A DNA stretch of 60,837 nt, filler included, from 5 parts of 5 records of this genome joined end to end with filler, not necessarily neighbours in it; one strand, 5' to 3'. Counted from the whole stretch's first letter, positions 39,847 through 49,362 are shown. Notes: generated from the sequence alone by a model not told the origin. Translations and numbers: made by a program.

Positions 39847-40508
39847 TTTTTGCCTCCGCCATTGCGGTTGATCAGGGATTGCATGACCAGCTCCACTGCC
39901 TGGTTCATGAATGATTCTTTGCTGATACCCATAGTGGCCATAAAGTTGGCCTTGGTTTGCGCCAGCTGGATAGTGCCATGCGTGAAACCCCACAAGGTAA
40001 TGGAAATTTGCATCAGGTTGTCCAGGTCATCCCGCAGTGTTTTATCCGCCATGCCTTTGGCAAGTGCCAGCACCGTTTGTTCATGCACCTGTTGCCCAGC
40101 CTGAATCATTTCCAGTGTTGCCGAGCAGGGGTCGTCCAAGGCAATTTCGTGGTGAGAGGCTTCAAACCTCGACATGGCGGCGAAATGTGTTGGGTATTCT
40201 TCGGAAAACTGCATGTAAGCCTGACCAATTGCCCGAATTTGCTCCTCGCCAGTGGCATGTTCTTTTCGTGCCGTTTCAAACATTTCCCGCAGTATTCGCA
40301 AACCCCGCAGGCAAATGGCCAAATGCAGGGCTGCTTTGTCCTTGAAGTACACGTAAACCAGCGCGCGAGACACTCTCGCCTTGCGTGCAACTTGGTCCAT
40401 GGTGGCTGCGTCAAAGCCTTTTTCAGAAAAAACAAGTTCGGCGGCGTCCAGAATTTCTTCCCGGCGGCGTTCCTTTTCTTCTTCGCGACGTTCGATGACA
40501 TAGTTCAT
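39843..40508 (-). CDS. TetR/AcrR family transcriptional regulator
   Basis: ILDAAELVFSEKGFDAATMDQVARKARVSRALVYVYFKDK HTH. Confidence 0.95.
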   Translation of the reverse strand: MNYVIERREEEKERRREEILDAAELVFSEKGFDAATMDQVARKARVSRALVYVYFKDKAALHLAICLRGLRILREMFETARKEHATGEEQIRAIGQAYMQFSEEYPTHFAAMSRFEASHHEIALDDPCSATLEMIQAGQQVHEQTVLALAKGMADKTLRDDLDNLMQISITLWGFTHGTIQLAQTKANFMATMGISKESFMNQAVELVMQSLINRNGGGKK

Positions 40509-40514
40509 GATTGG

Positions 40515-40546
40515 ATCTTAGTTTAACCGTTGACAGAGTGTCAACG
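40515..40546 (-). promoter_or_regulatory. Sigma70 promoter with overlapping TetR-type operator
   Basis: Minus strand TTGACA(40544-39)-N18-TAAGAT(40520-15); palindrome CGTTGACA-gag-TGTCAACG at 40528-40546. Confidence 0.7.
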
Positions 40547-40657
40547 TATTTTTGATTTTTTGATTTGAAACCCCGATTTGAATCGATTTACCGAGTTTGT
40601 TTCCCGCACGGCTTGGTTGCTTCGTCAATTAAAGTTAAATCATGGTGAATTGTTTCT

Positions 40658-41323
40658 GTGAGAAGCGTGGTGGTTAAAAAACTGGACAGCCTGGGGCGGC
40701 AAGTGGTGTTTGTAATTGATGATCATCCGATCATCAGTTTCGGTTTGGTTGAAATGGTGAAGGATGTGGCACCCCATGCCCGCATTCGCCAGTTCTCGAC
40801 ACTGAAGGAGGCGGCACGACATGCTGTCGAAGAATTTCCAGCGTTGATCATCACCGACTTTCACCTGCGGGATGTACAAGCTGAAACTTTCGTGGGTTTG
40901 TTTGAAACCCTGTTCCCGGAAATTCCGGTGTTGATTACCGCCAACGATGAGAAAGTCATGGGGCAGTTAAAGCGTCATCAACTGGACAGGTTTATTGCTT
41001 TTTCAAAATTCACGCCCTTTGGAAAAATGATCGACCTGATTCGAGTGGGCTTAAGCCAGGCCAATATCGAATTGCTGCAAATGCCAACTTTGTCAAAAGC
41101 GCTCACGCACAAACAGGTTGAAGTGCTTGAATTGATTGGCGCTGGTCACAGCAACAAGGAAATTGCCACCTTGCTGAAAATTAGTGTGGAGACCGTGAAG
41201 GGGCATGTGAAAGACATTCTGGAGCGCTTGAAAGCGAAGAACAGAATGGAAGCGTCCATCATTTATCGGCACACCCAGATCCAGAAACACAGCTCGCCAG
41301 AACCGAGCTTGCACAATAATTAG
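40658..41323 (+). CDS. NarL/LuxR family response regulator (orphan)
   Basis: IDDHP, LIITD receiver; LTHKQVEVL..GHSNKEIA..L.ISVETVKGHV HTH; start uncertain. Confidence 0.88.
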   Translation: MRSVVVKKLDSLGRQVVFVIDDHPIISFGLVEMVKDVAPHARIRQFSTLKEAARHAVEEFPALIITDFHLRDVQAETFVGLFETLFPEIPVLITANDEKVMGQLKRHQLDRFIAFSKFTPFGKMIDLIRVGLSQANIELLQMPTLSKALTHKQVEVLELIGAGHSNKEIATLLKISVETVKGHVKDILERLKAKNRMEASIIYRHTQIQKHSSPEPSLHNN

Positions 41324-41499
41324 TCAGTCGATCTAAATCCTCATGTTTTGAATGGCTTGGAGGACTTGTCCACATGCTATCCCCGAGGTTGTGCCCACTT
41401 TTTGGGGATATCCACAGAAATCCAGAGTGCTCAATTTCAATCGATTCGGTAAACTGCTTGCACGCAGTCCAATGTCGTCCTTCCAAAGGAGAATGAGAG

Positions 41500-42849
41500 A
41501 TGAGCAGCTCGCCAGAATTAGAAGAGTTCATGAATGGACTGATTCGCAGAAATCCCGGCGAACCAGAGTTTCACCAGGCAGTGCATGAAGTCGCGCAACA
41601 CATCATTCCTTTCGTTGCAAAAAATCCGAAGTATGAAGCTGCGCAAATTTTGCAGCGCTTGACCGAGCCAGATCGAATTGTCAGTTTCCGGGTGTGTTGG
41701 GAAGACGATCAGGGCAATGTGCGAACCCAGCGTGGTTACCGGGTTCAACACAGCAACTCGATTGGTCCCTACAAAGGCGGTATTCGGTTTCACGACAACG
41801 TGACCCAGAGTATTCTGAAATTCCTCGCCTTTGAACAAACTTTCAAAAACAGTTTGACCGGTTTGCCCATGGGGGGCGGCAAGGGTGGCTCCGACTTTAA
41901 TCCAAAAGGCAAAAGCGATCGTGAGATCATGCGTTTTTGCCAGGCTTTCATGACCGAACTTTCACGCCATATTGGTCCTTTCACCGATGTGCCAGCTGGC
42001 GACATCGGTGTGGGTGGACGCGAAATTTCTTACATGTTTGGCCAATACAAAAGAATCTGTAATGAATTCACTGGCGTGCTGACCGGCAAGGGGCTCGCCT
42101 TTGGGGGAAGTGAGATTCGAGTCGAAGCCACAGGGTATGGCGTGGTGTATTTTATGGAAGACATGTTGAGCCACAAGGGTTTGAAGTTTGAGGGCAAGGT
42201 GTGCTCAGTCAGTGGCTCTGGCAACGTGGCGCAATATGCAGTTGAAAAAATTCTTGCACTGGGCGGCAAAGTGATCACCATGTCTGATTCATCCGGAACG
42301 CTGCATGACAAAGACGGCATTACGATGGAAAAGCTGGCTCACATCAAAGAGCTGAAAGAAGTAAAACGGGCCCGCATCAGCGAGTACCTCAATCAATATC
42401 CGAATGCCGAATTTATTGCTGACAAACGCCCATGGCACATACCCTGCGACCTGGCTTTTCCATGTGCAACGCAAAATGAAATCAATGCCGAAGAGGCTGC
42501 CATGCTAATCAGGAATGGTTGCATGGGTGTGTCTGAGGGCGCAAACATGCCCTCTGAAAAAGGCGCAATCGATGTGTTTCAGAAGGCCCGCATTTTGTTT
42601 GCACCGTCCAAGGCAGCCAACGCGGGTGGCGTTGCTGTGTCGGGTCTTGAAATGACTCAGAACAGCATGCGTCTGTCCTGGTCACGGGATGAACTGAATC
42701 AGCGGCTGCGGACCATCATGAGCGATATTCACAAGCGCTGCGTGAAGTATGGCGCCGAAGAAGATGGCCACATCGATTACTTAAAGGGTGCCAATGTGGG
42801 CGGTTTTGTGAAGGTCGCTGACGCGATGCTGGCCTACGGCGTAATCTAA
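41500..42849 (+). CDS. gdhA: NADP-specific glutamate dehydrogenase
   Basis: GPYKGGIRFH, GGGKGGSDF, DVPAGDIGVG, GSGNVA, KAANAGGVAVS. Confidence 0.96.
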   Translation: MSSSPELEEFMNGLIRRNPGEPEFHQAVHEVAQHIIPFVAKNPKYEAAQILQRLTEPDRIVSFRVCWEDDQGNVRTQRGYRVQHSNSIGPYKGGIRFHDNVTQSILKFLAFEQTFKNSLTGLPMGGGKGGSDFNPKGKSDREIMRFCQAFMTELSRHIGPFTDVPAGDIGVGGREISYMFGQYKRICNEFTGVLTGKGLAFGGSEIRVEATGYGVVYFMEDMLSHKGLKFEGKVCSVSGSGNVAQYAVEKILALGGKVITMSDSSGTLHDKDGITMEKLAHIKELKEVKRARISEYLNQYPNAEFIADKRPWHIPCDLAFPCATQNEINAEEAAMLIRNGCMGVSEGANMPSEKGAIDVFQKARILFAPSKAANAGGVAVSGLEMTQNSMRLSWSRDELNQRLRTIMSDIHKRCVKYGAEEDGHIDYLKGANVGGFVKVADAMLAYGVI

Positions 42850-42868
42850 AGTCCAGCGGTTTGATCTT

Positions 42869-42907
42869 AAAAGGGGTTCCCAGCGAATTGGGAATCCCTT
42901 TTCTTTT
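42869..42907 (+). terminator. Intrinsic terminator after gdhA
   Basis: AAAAGGGGTTCCCA...TGGGAATCCCTTTT followed by CTTTT. Confidence 0.7.
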
Positions 42908-42948
42908 GGTAGCATGGCTAATCATTTTCCTGAAAAGAAGCCAACACC

Positions 42949-43653
42949 ATGAACGTTCTGATTGTGCATGCACACCCCGAGCCCCAATCATTCTGCACAG
43001 CAATGATGAAGCGCATGCAAAACCGTTTTGAGGAGCAGGGCCATGCGGTGACCGTGTCGGACTTGTACGCCAAGCAATTCAACCCCGTAGCCAGTGCTGC
43101 CGACTTTGCTGAGCGCAGCAACCCGGATTACCTGGTGTATGCGCTGGAGCAGCGGCACGCACAGAAAACCAATACATTGCCTGCGGACATCGCAACAGAA
43201 CTTGAGTTACTCAAGCAGTGCGATTTGCTGATTCTGAATTTTCCGTTGTACTGGTTCTCTGTTCCGGCAATTTTAAAGGGATGGATCGACCGTGTGTTCT
43301 TGTCGGGCGTCGTGTACGGTGGCCGAAACTTCTATGACCGTGGTTTGATGAAAGGCAAGAAAGCGTGGCTTACTTTTACACTGGGCGGGCGCGAGCATAT
43401 GTTTGGCGACCATGCTGTGCATGGTGACTTGAACACCATGTTGCGCCCGGTATTGCGCGGTAGCCTGGGTTACGCCGGGTTTGATGTACTGGAGCCTTTT
43501 GCCGCTTACCATGTGCCTTACATCACACAGGAGGCGCGAGTGGATATGCTTGAACAATTGGACAGGGCTGTCGATACTTTGGCTTCGCGTGCGCTGGTCT
43601 CGTACCCCAGCCTCAACAATTTTGATGCACAGATGAATCCGCTTGAACAATAA
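42949..43653 (+). CDS. NAD(P)H-dependent quinone oxidoreductase (flavodoxin-like, NQO/MdaB family)
   Basis: VHAHPEPQSF, DLY, FPLYWFSVPAILKGWIDRV. Confidence 0.92.
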   Translation: MNVLIVHAHPEPQSFCTAMMKRMQNRFEEQGHAVTVSDLYAKQFNPVASAADFAERSNPDYLVYALEQRHAQKTNTLPADIATELELLKQCDLLILNFPLYWFSVPAILKGWIDRVFLSGVVYGGRNFYDRGLMKGKKAWLTFTLGGREHMFGDHAVHGDLNTMLRPVLRGSLGYAGFDVLEPFAAYHVPYITQEARVDMLEQLDRAVDTLASRALVSYPSLNNFDAQMNPLEQ

Positions 43654-43756
43654 AAAACCCGCGGTGCTTTCGCACAACGGGTTTCAATCAAATCTACAAG
43701 AAGACCTTTCGTACGAAAGGTCGTGTAGCGGTCTTGTTGTTTTTGCTATTTCTGGA

Positions 43757-44308
43757 TTACTTCATGCCCAGTTGCTTTTTGATCTTGGCGATCACGTCAG
43801 TTTGAACTGACTTGACCATGCCCTTGACTTGTTTCTCAAGGTCCTTGATCTGCTTCTGAACATCGCTCAACAATTTTTTGCGATCTGTCGCGCTGAACAC
43901 TGATTTGGCTGCGGCGGCCTTGGCTTTTGCAGCTGGCTTTGCTTTGGCAACAGTTTTCTTCGCTTTGGCCGCAGCATTCGCTACGCTGGCAGTGGCTGCC
44001 TTGGCGCGGCTAGTTGCGGGCTTCTTGGCGGCTGGCTTGGCAGCAGCTTTCTTGGCAGCCGGCTTTTTGGCAGCAGCTGGTTTCGCAGCGGCGGGCTTTT
44101 TAGCAGCAGGCTTTTTGGCGGCAGCGGCTGGTTTTGCAGCAGCTGGTTTTTTCGCGGCAGCGGGTTTTGCTGCTGCTGGTTTTTTCGCTGCTGCGGGTTT
44201 TGCAGCGGCTGGTTTTTTAGCAGCGGGTTTTTTTGCTGCTGGTTTTTTTGGAGCTGGGGTTGCTTTGCTTGCCTCGGCTTCGACTGGCTTTTGATCTGTT
44301 GTAACCAT
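43757..44308 (-). CDS. Histone H1-like Lys/Ala/Pro-rich protein with C-terminal coiled coil
   Basis: Tandem KKPAA/AKPAA repeats; AAGGAAGG SD; amphipathic C-terminal helix. Confidence 0.8.
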   Translation of the reverse strand: MVTTDQKPVEAEASKATPAPKKPAAKKPAAKKPAAAKPAAAKKPAAAKPAAAKKPAAAKPAAAAKKPAAKKPAAAKPAAAKKPAAKKAAAKPAAKKPATSRAKAATASVANAAAKAKKTVAKAKPAAKAKAAAAKSVFSATDRKKLLSDVQKQIKDLEKQVKGMVKSVQTDVIAKIKKQLGMK

Positions 44309-44538
44309 GTTTTGTAACCTTCCTTAAACGGTGTGGTGAGTTATGTGTACATCAAATTTTATTAACTGAAAAGCTTTTTTCACCAATACATGATCAACAA
44401 CCCGTTTGTGTGTAAATTTCAATAACTTTTGTCGTTTTTTTTTCGCACCACTCGCGTGCAAATTCTCAAATTTTTTTTTGAATTTTATTGGCATTGCTCT
44501 TGCTAGTTTGATGTTGAATCAACTTCAAATGCACCGCC

Positions 44539-45684
44539 GTGTTCAAGCATCTTTCCAAACTTTCTCACCACGCAGCCTGGCGACGGCAACTTGAATTGCT
44601 GCTCGATTCCACTGGCGAGGGCATTTATGGAATCGACCTGAAAGGCCGTTGTGTTTTCATCAACAAAGCGGGTGCGGAAATGTTGGGTTACTCGGCCGAT
44701 GAAGTGCTTGGCAGGAATATGCATTACTTGATGCACCACTCCTATGCGAACAACGATTTGATGCCAGTGTGTGAATGCCACATCTTTCGGGCGTTTCAAG
44801 AAAACAAGGGTTGCCGAGTGGACAACGAGGTGCTGTGGCGAAGGGACGGCACTTGCTTTCATGCCGAGTACGCTTCTTACCCTATTTTTGAAGAACAAGC
44901 AGTGGTGGGCGCTGTAGTTACATTCAATGACATCACCGAGCGGGTTGAAGCCCAGAATATTCGTGCTGCGGCGCAGGTCGAGCTGGAGCGCAGAGTGATT
45001 GAGCGCACCGCACAATTGCAGAAGGCACACGACAGAATGCGCAGGTTGTCCGCTCACCTCACCACTGTTCGCGAAGAGGAACGTACCCGCATCGCTCGCG
45101 AGATGCACGATGACCTCGGGGCCAAGCTGACCGCGTTTGATCTGGAGTTGAAGGCGCTGTCGTACCGTTGTGCCAACGATGAAAAACTCACCTTGAGAAT
45201 CGAGAGCATGTTGGACCTTGCACAGGGCGCCATGGAAAGTTTGCGTCGAATTCTTTCAGACCTTCGGCCAGGCGTTCTGGATCATCTGGGGCTTTGGGCG
45301 GCAGTCGAGCATTTGCTGGGAGAGTTCTCCCAGCGCACCAAAGTGGTGAGTTCAATCGATATTTCCCCAGAGTTGGAACATGTCCGTTTAAGCAAAGGTA
45401 CTGAGACAGCCCTGTATCGAATTTTGCAGGAGGCACTGAACAATGTGGCCAAACACTCCGGGGCAAGCAGGGTGGAGGTACGTGCACACACCGAGGGCAG
45501 GGCCATTCTTTTTCAAGTCAGGGACAACGGGCGCGGCATGGCGGTGCGCACTTTCAATGCCGGTTTCGGTTTGATGGGTATTGAGGAACGCGCTTGGGAC
45601 ATTGGTGCGCGTTGCTCGATTGATTCGATGTTGGGTCAGGGGGTTTGCATTACGCTTCGCCTGCCGGAGGTGCTAGCGTCATGA
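44539..45684 (+). CDS. PAS sensor histidine kinase (HisKA_3, NarX/UhpB type), no TM segment
   Basis: PAS (GIDLKG..FINKAG), EERTRIAREMHDDLG, QEALNNVAKHS, DNGRG, GFGLMGIEER. Confidence 0.92.
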   Translation: MFKHLSKLSHHAAWRRQLELLLDSTGEGIYGIDLKGRCVFINKAGAEMLGYSADEVLGRNMHYLMHHSYANNDLMPVCECHIFRAFQENKGCRVDNEVLWRRDGTCFHAEYASYPIFEEQAVVGAVVTFNDITERVEAQNIRAAAQVELERRVIERTAQLQKAHDRMRRLSAHLTTVREEERTRIAREMHDDLGAKLTAFDLELKALSYRCANDEKLTLRIESMLDLAQGAMESLRRILSDLRPGVLDHLGLWAAVEHLLGEFSQRTKVVSSIDISPELEHVRLSKGTETALYRILQEALNNVAKHSGASRVEVRAHTEGRAILFQVRDNGRGMAVRTFNAGFGLMGIEERAWDIGARCSIDSMLGQGVCITLRLPEVLAS

Positions 45685-46304
45685 ATATTTTGATCGTAGA
45701 CGACCACATGATCATTCGCCGCGGCCTGGTTCAGATTCTGGACGAGTTTGATGGGCAGTACTGCAGCGAGCAGGCCGCCGATGGCGTGGAGGCCATGCAG
45801 AAACTCCGCAAGGGAAATTTTGATGCGGTATTGCTGGACGTTGCCTTGGGCGAACGGGATGGCTTTGATGTACTGAAAAGCGTGCGCAGTGAGTTTCCGA
45901 AATTGGGGGTGGTGATGTTGTCGGTGTACCCCGAAACGCAGTTCGCCTTGCGTGCCATTCGCAGTGGTGCCAATGCCTACCTGAACAAGGGCTGCTCGCC
46001 TGCCGAATTGACACAGGCCCTTCAAATGGCCTGTTCCGGACAAGTGTATTTAACTCCGGCCACGGCCAACCTGATGGCCAATGATTTGCGTAAACCTGCT
46101 GACCGGCCTCCTCATGAGCGATTGTCCAATCGGGAGATGCAGGTGTTGCGTTTGATGGCGCAGGGCGAGACCGTTCAGCACATTGCACAGGCCTTGTGTT
46201 TGTCAGGCAATACAGTTTCAACTTACCGGGCCCGTGTGTTTGAAAAACTGGAACTGAAAAACCTGGTGGACCTGGTGAACTACACCAAGATGCATGGCCT
46301 GTAA
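45681..46304 (+). CDS. NarL/UvrY family response regulator
   Basis: MNILIVDDH, LLDV, LSNREMQVL, TVSTYRARVFEKL; ATGA overlap with the kinase. Confidence 0.93.
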   Translation: MNILIVDDHMIIRRGLVQILDEFDGQYCSEQAADGVEAMQKLRKGNFDAVLLDVALGERDGFDVLKSVRSEFPKLGVVMLSVYPETQFALRAIRSGANAYLNKGCSPAELTQALQMACSGQVYLTPATANLMANDLRKPADRPPHERLSNREMQVLRLMAQGETVQHIAQALCLSGNTVSTYRARVFEKLELKNLVDLVNYTKMHGL

Positions 46305-46324
46305 AAACCCGGCGTGAAGTTTTC

Positions 46325-46344
46325 TTGTAGGGCCAGCACTACAA
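46325..46344. promoter_or_regulatory. Candidate response-regulator binding palindrome
   Basis: TTGTAG-N8-CTACAA upstream of the DJ-1/cyanate operon. Confidence 0.45.
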
Positions 46345-46431
46345 CACAATCACAAATGACGTGATACCCGGCTCAAGGCCTGCACGGCACACTGAAAGCC
46401 TGTTCAAAGCAGTGTTGCCGGAGAAACGTGA

Positions 46432-47112
46432 ATGGCCAGAATGCAAGGGTTCAGACTGGGTGTGTATGTGTTCAAGGAAGCCGAGGTGGTGGACTATGCA
46501 GCACCCTATGGGGTGTTCTCAGTGGCCAAGCGTTTCGACCCAGAGTTGGAAGTGTTCTTGATCGCCGAAAGCATGCGCCCTGTGCAAACGCAGGCTGGTC
46601 TCACTGTATTGCCCAGCTATGCGTTTGCTGACACCCCCGACATGGATGCATTTCTGATTCCCGGTGGCTTCGGTACCCGGCAGGAGATGAACAACGGCAA
46701 TTTGCACCGCTTCATTCGGACCCTACCTGACACCTGTCTGTTGACCAGCGTGTGCACAGGCTCCTGGATATACGCCCGCATGGGTTTGCTCGATGGCTTG
46801 GCTGCCACCAATCGCAAAGAACCTGATCGTCTTGAGGCCTCGCATCTCGGTAAAACTCCCATCGATCGACTCGCTGAAATTGCGCCGGCTTGCCAGGTCA
46901 GCAGAGCCCGAGTGGTGGATGCAGGCCGGATCGTCACAGGTGGGGGCATCGCAAGCGGAATGGAAGTGGGTTTCCACCTGCTGCGCCGCGCCGGTTACGA
47001 CGAGGAATTCATTGCAGAGGTAGCCCGTGTGATGGAGTACACCAAGGCCTACCAGCAATACCAGCATGACATTGATTATTTTCGCCCCGCATTAAGCCGC
47101 GCCACAGCCTGA
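46432..47112 (+). CDS. DJ-1/PfpI family protein (isonitrile hydratase-like)
   Basis: EVVDYAAPYGVF, IPGGFG, SVCTGS nucleophile elbow, GGIASGME. Confidence 0.85.
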   Translation: MARMQGFRLGVYVFKEAEVVDYAAPYGVFSVAKRFDPELEVFLIAESMRPVQTQAGLTVLPSYAFADTPDMDAFLIPGGFGTRQEMNNGNLHRFIRTLPDTCLLTSVCTGSWIYARMGLLDGLAATNRKEPDRLEASHLGKTPIDRLAEIAPACQVSRARVVDAGRIVTGGGIASGMEVGFHLLRRAGYDEEFIAEVARVMEYTKAYQQYQHDIDYFRPALSRATA

Positions 47113-47140
47113 TTGTTGCAACACTGCATAGGAGTTCACC

Positions 47141-48502
47141 ATGTCCTTTTTCAAGAACCCGTTTGATCCCAATACTCGTCTGGGCATGCGTTGCGCCTGC
47201 GGCCAACACAACAGCCAGGCAGAACACGACCAGCAACTGGCTGTGCAACAAATGGAAGAGCGTGCAGTTGAAAACGCTGTCATGCACGCCTTGTTTCCCA
47301 ACGACCAGTTGCGCCGAAATTTCCTGCGCGCGGTGGGCAGTGGTACCGCCATGGCAGCCATTGGCAGCCTGTTCCCTTTGGCGGCAGCCAAAGAGGCGTT
47401 TGCCCAAAGCAATGGCCCTTTGGAAAAGCAAAAGCTGAAGGTCGGCTTCATTCCGATTACCTGTGCAACACCCATCATCATGGCGCAGCCTTTGGGCTTT
47501 TACGCCAAGCAAGGCCTGGATGTTGAAGTGGTGAAAACCGCAGGTTGGGCGGTGGTGCGCGACAAATCGCTGGCCAAAGAATACGATGCGGCGCACATGT
47601 TGTCGCCCATGCCCTTGGCCATCTCCATGGGTGTAGGCTCGAACGCCATTCCATGGACCATGCCCGCCGTTGAAAACATCAACGGTCAGGCGATCACGCT
47701 CGCCATGAAGCACAAGGACAAACGCAATCCGAAAGACTGGAAGGGTTTCAAGTTTGCAGTGCCGTTTGACTATTCCATGCACAACTACCTGTTGCGCTAC
47801 TACCTGGCCGAGGCTGGCCTTGATCCCGATCGCGATGTCCAGATTCGTTCTGTTCCACCTCCCGAAATGGTGGCCAATATGCGTGCTGACAACATTGATG
47901 GTTTCCTAGCGCCTGACCCTGTGAACCAGCGCGCAGTGTATGACGGCGTGGGCTTTATTCACATTCTGTCGAAAGAAATCTGGTCGGGCCACCCTTGCTG
48001 CGCATTTGCGGCCAGCAAAGAATTTGTGACCCAAAACCCCAACAGCTACAAAGCCCTGTTGAAGGCGGTGCTGGATGCCACGGCCTACGCACGCAAAGCC
48101 GAGAGCCGCAAGGAAATTGCAGCAGCGATTGCACCTACGAACTATTTGAACCAGCCGTTGACTGTGGTCGAGCAAGTGTTGACTGGCACCTATGCCGATG
48201 GTTTGGGCGGGATTCAGAAAGATCCGCAGCGCATCGACTTTGATCCATTCCCGTATCAGAGTTTTGCGATCTGGATTTTGACGCAGATGAAACGCTGGGG
48301 GCAAATCAAGGGCGATGTGGATTACAACAAAATTGCCAAGGACGTATTTCTGGCCACCGATGCAACCCGTTTGATGAAGGAAGTGGGCTTGCAACCACCG
48401 TCATCGCTCGACAAAAAATTCAGCGTGATGGGCAAGCCATTCGATCCCAAAAAGCCTGAGGAGTACATCAACAGTTTTGCAATTTCCAGAACCAAGGGCT
48501 AA
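47141..48502 (+). CDS. CmpA/NrtA family ABC substrate-binding protein (probable cyanate transporter)
   Basis: RRNFL twin-arginine-like motif, GFIPITCATP, GHPCC; in an operon with cynS. Confidence 0.88.
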   Translation: MSFFKNPFDPNTRLGMRCACGQHNSQAEHDQQLAVQQMEERAVENAVMHALFPNDQLRRNFLRAVGSGTAMAAIGSLFPLAAAKEAFAQSNGPLEKQKLKVGFIPITCATPIIMAQPLGFYAKQGLDVEVVKTAGWAVVRDKSLAKEYDAAHMLSPMPLAISMGVGSNAIPWTMPAVENINGQAITLAMKHKDKRNPKDWKGFKFAVPFDYSMHNYLLRYYLAEAGLDPDRDVQIRSVPPPEMVANMRADNIDGFLAPDPVNQRAVYDGVGFIHILSKEIWSGHPCCAFAASKEFVTQNPNSYKALLKAVLDATAYARKAESRKEIAAAIAPTNYLNQPLTVVEQVLTGTYADGLGGIQKDPQRIDFDPFPYQSFAIWILTQMKRWGQIKGDVDYNKIAKDVFLATDATRLMKEVGLQPPSSLDKKFSVMGKPFDPKKPEEYINSFAISRTKG

Positions 48503-48507
48503 GCGGC

Positions 48508-49356
48508 ATGAAAGATTTCAGGAAGCAAAAGTGGGCGCCATGGGCTTTGTCGGGATTGATTCTGGTGGTGTTGATTGCCATTTGGACTGTCGCCACCTTG
48601 CCCGAAGACTCGGCAGTGAATGTGGACCCGGAGTATGCAGCACTGGTGGGTCAGGCTGCATCCACAGGCAGCAAAACCCCATTGCCCACGCCGGGCGATG
48701 TGGGTGAAAAGTTGTGGGGGCACATCAGTGATCCCTTCTACGACCGTGGCACTAACGACAAAGGCATCGGCATTCAATTGGGCTATTCCATTTTCCGCGT
48801 GCTGGTGGGTTTTGGTTTGGCCGCACTGGTGGCGATTCCTTTGGGTTTTGTGATCGGGATGTCACCTTTGCTGTACAAGGCGCTTGACCCCTTCATTCAG
48901 GTGTTGAAACCGGTATCGCCTTTGGCGTGGATGCCCTTGGCGCTATACACCATCAAGGACAGTGATACCTCGGCCATCTTTGTGATTTTCATTTGTTCCA
49001 TTTGGCCCATGTTGGTCAACACAGCGTTCGGTGTGGCGGGAGTTCGGCGCGATTGGCTGAACGTAGCAAAAACGTTGGAGGTCAGTTCACTGCGCACAGC
49101 TTTCCAGGTGATCTTGCCAGCAGCGGCCCCCACCATCATGACTGGCATGCGCATTTCCGTGGGCATTGCCTGGTTAGTGATTGTGGCGGCTGAAATGCTG
49201 GTGGGCGGTACCGGCATTGGCTACTTTGTGTGGAACGAATGGAACAACTTGTCGATTGCCAACATCATCAGCGCAATTTTGTTCATCGGCTTGATCGGCA
49301 TGTTGCTCGACACGCTGCTGGCTCGAATGGCCAAGCTGGTCAGCTACAAGGAGTAA
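48508..49356 (+). CDS. NrtB/CynB-type ABC permease
   Basis: LKPVSPLAWMP, GMRISVGIAWLVIVAAEML. Confidence 0.92.
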   Translation: MKDFRKQKWAPWALSGLILVVLIAIWTVATLPEDSAVNVDPEYAALVGQAASTGSKTPLPTPGDVGEKLWGHISDPFYDRGTNDKGIGIQLGYSIFRVLVGFGLAALVAIPLGFVIGMSPLLYKALDPFIQVLKPVSPLAWMPLALYTIKDSDTSAIFVIFICSIWPMLVNTAFGVAGVRRDWLNVAKTLEVSSLRTAFQVILPAAAPTIMTGMRISVGIAWLVIVAAEMLVGGTGIGYFVWNEWNNLSIANIISAILFIGLIGMLLDTLLARMAKLVSYKE

Positions 49357-49362
49357 ACCAAC

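Noticed and set aside
38383-39993. 536-aa TolC ORF with a long N-terminal extension
   Set aside because: The extension overlaps tetR in another frame; ATG 39846 (ATGA coupling) or a later start is more plausible
43703-43722. Perfect palindrome GACCTTTCGTACGAAAGGTC sharing its core with the 10851/10925 elements
   Set aside because: It lies on a different contig from another class of bacteria, between convergent genes; most simply a terminator hairpin, and the shared core is treated as coincidence
46386-46400. Possible sigma54 promoter (CGGCAC-N7-GC)
   Set aside because: Only the GG-N10-GC spacing fits; the TTGC element is missing and the adjacent regulator is NarL-type, not an enhancer-binding protein
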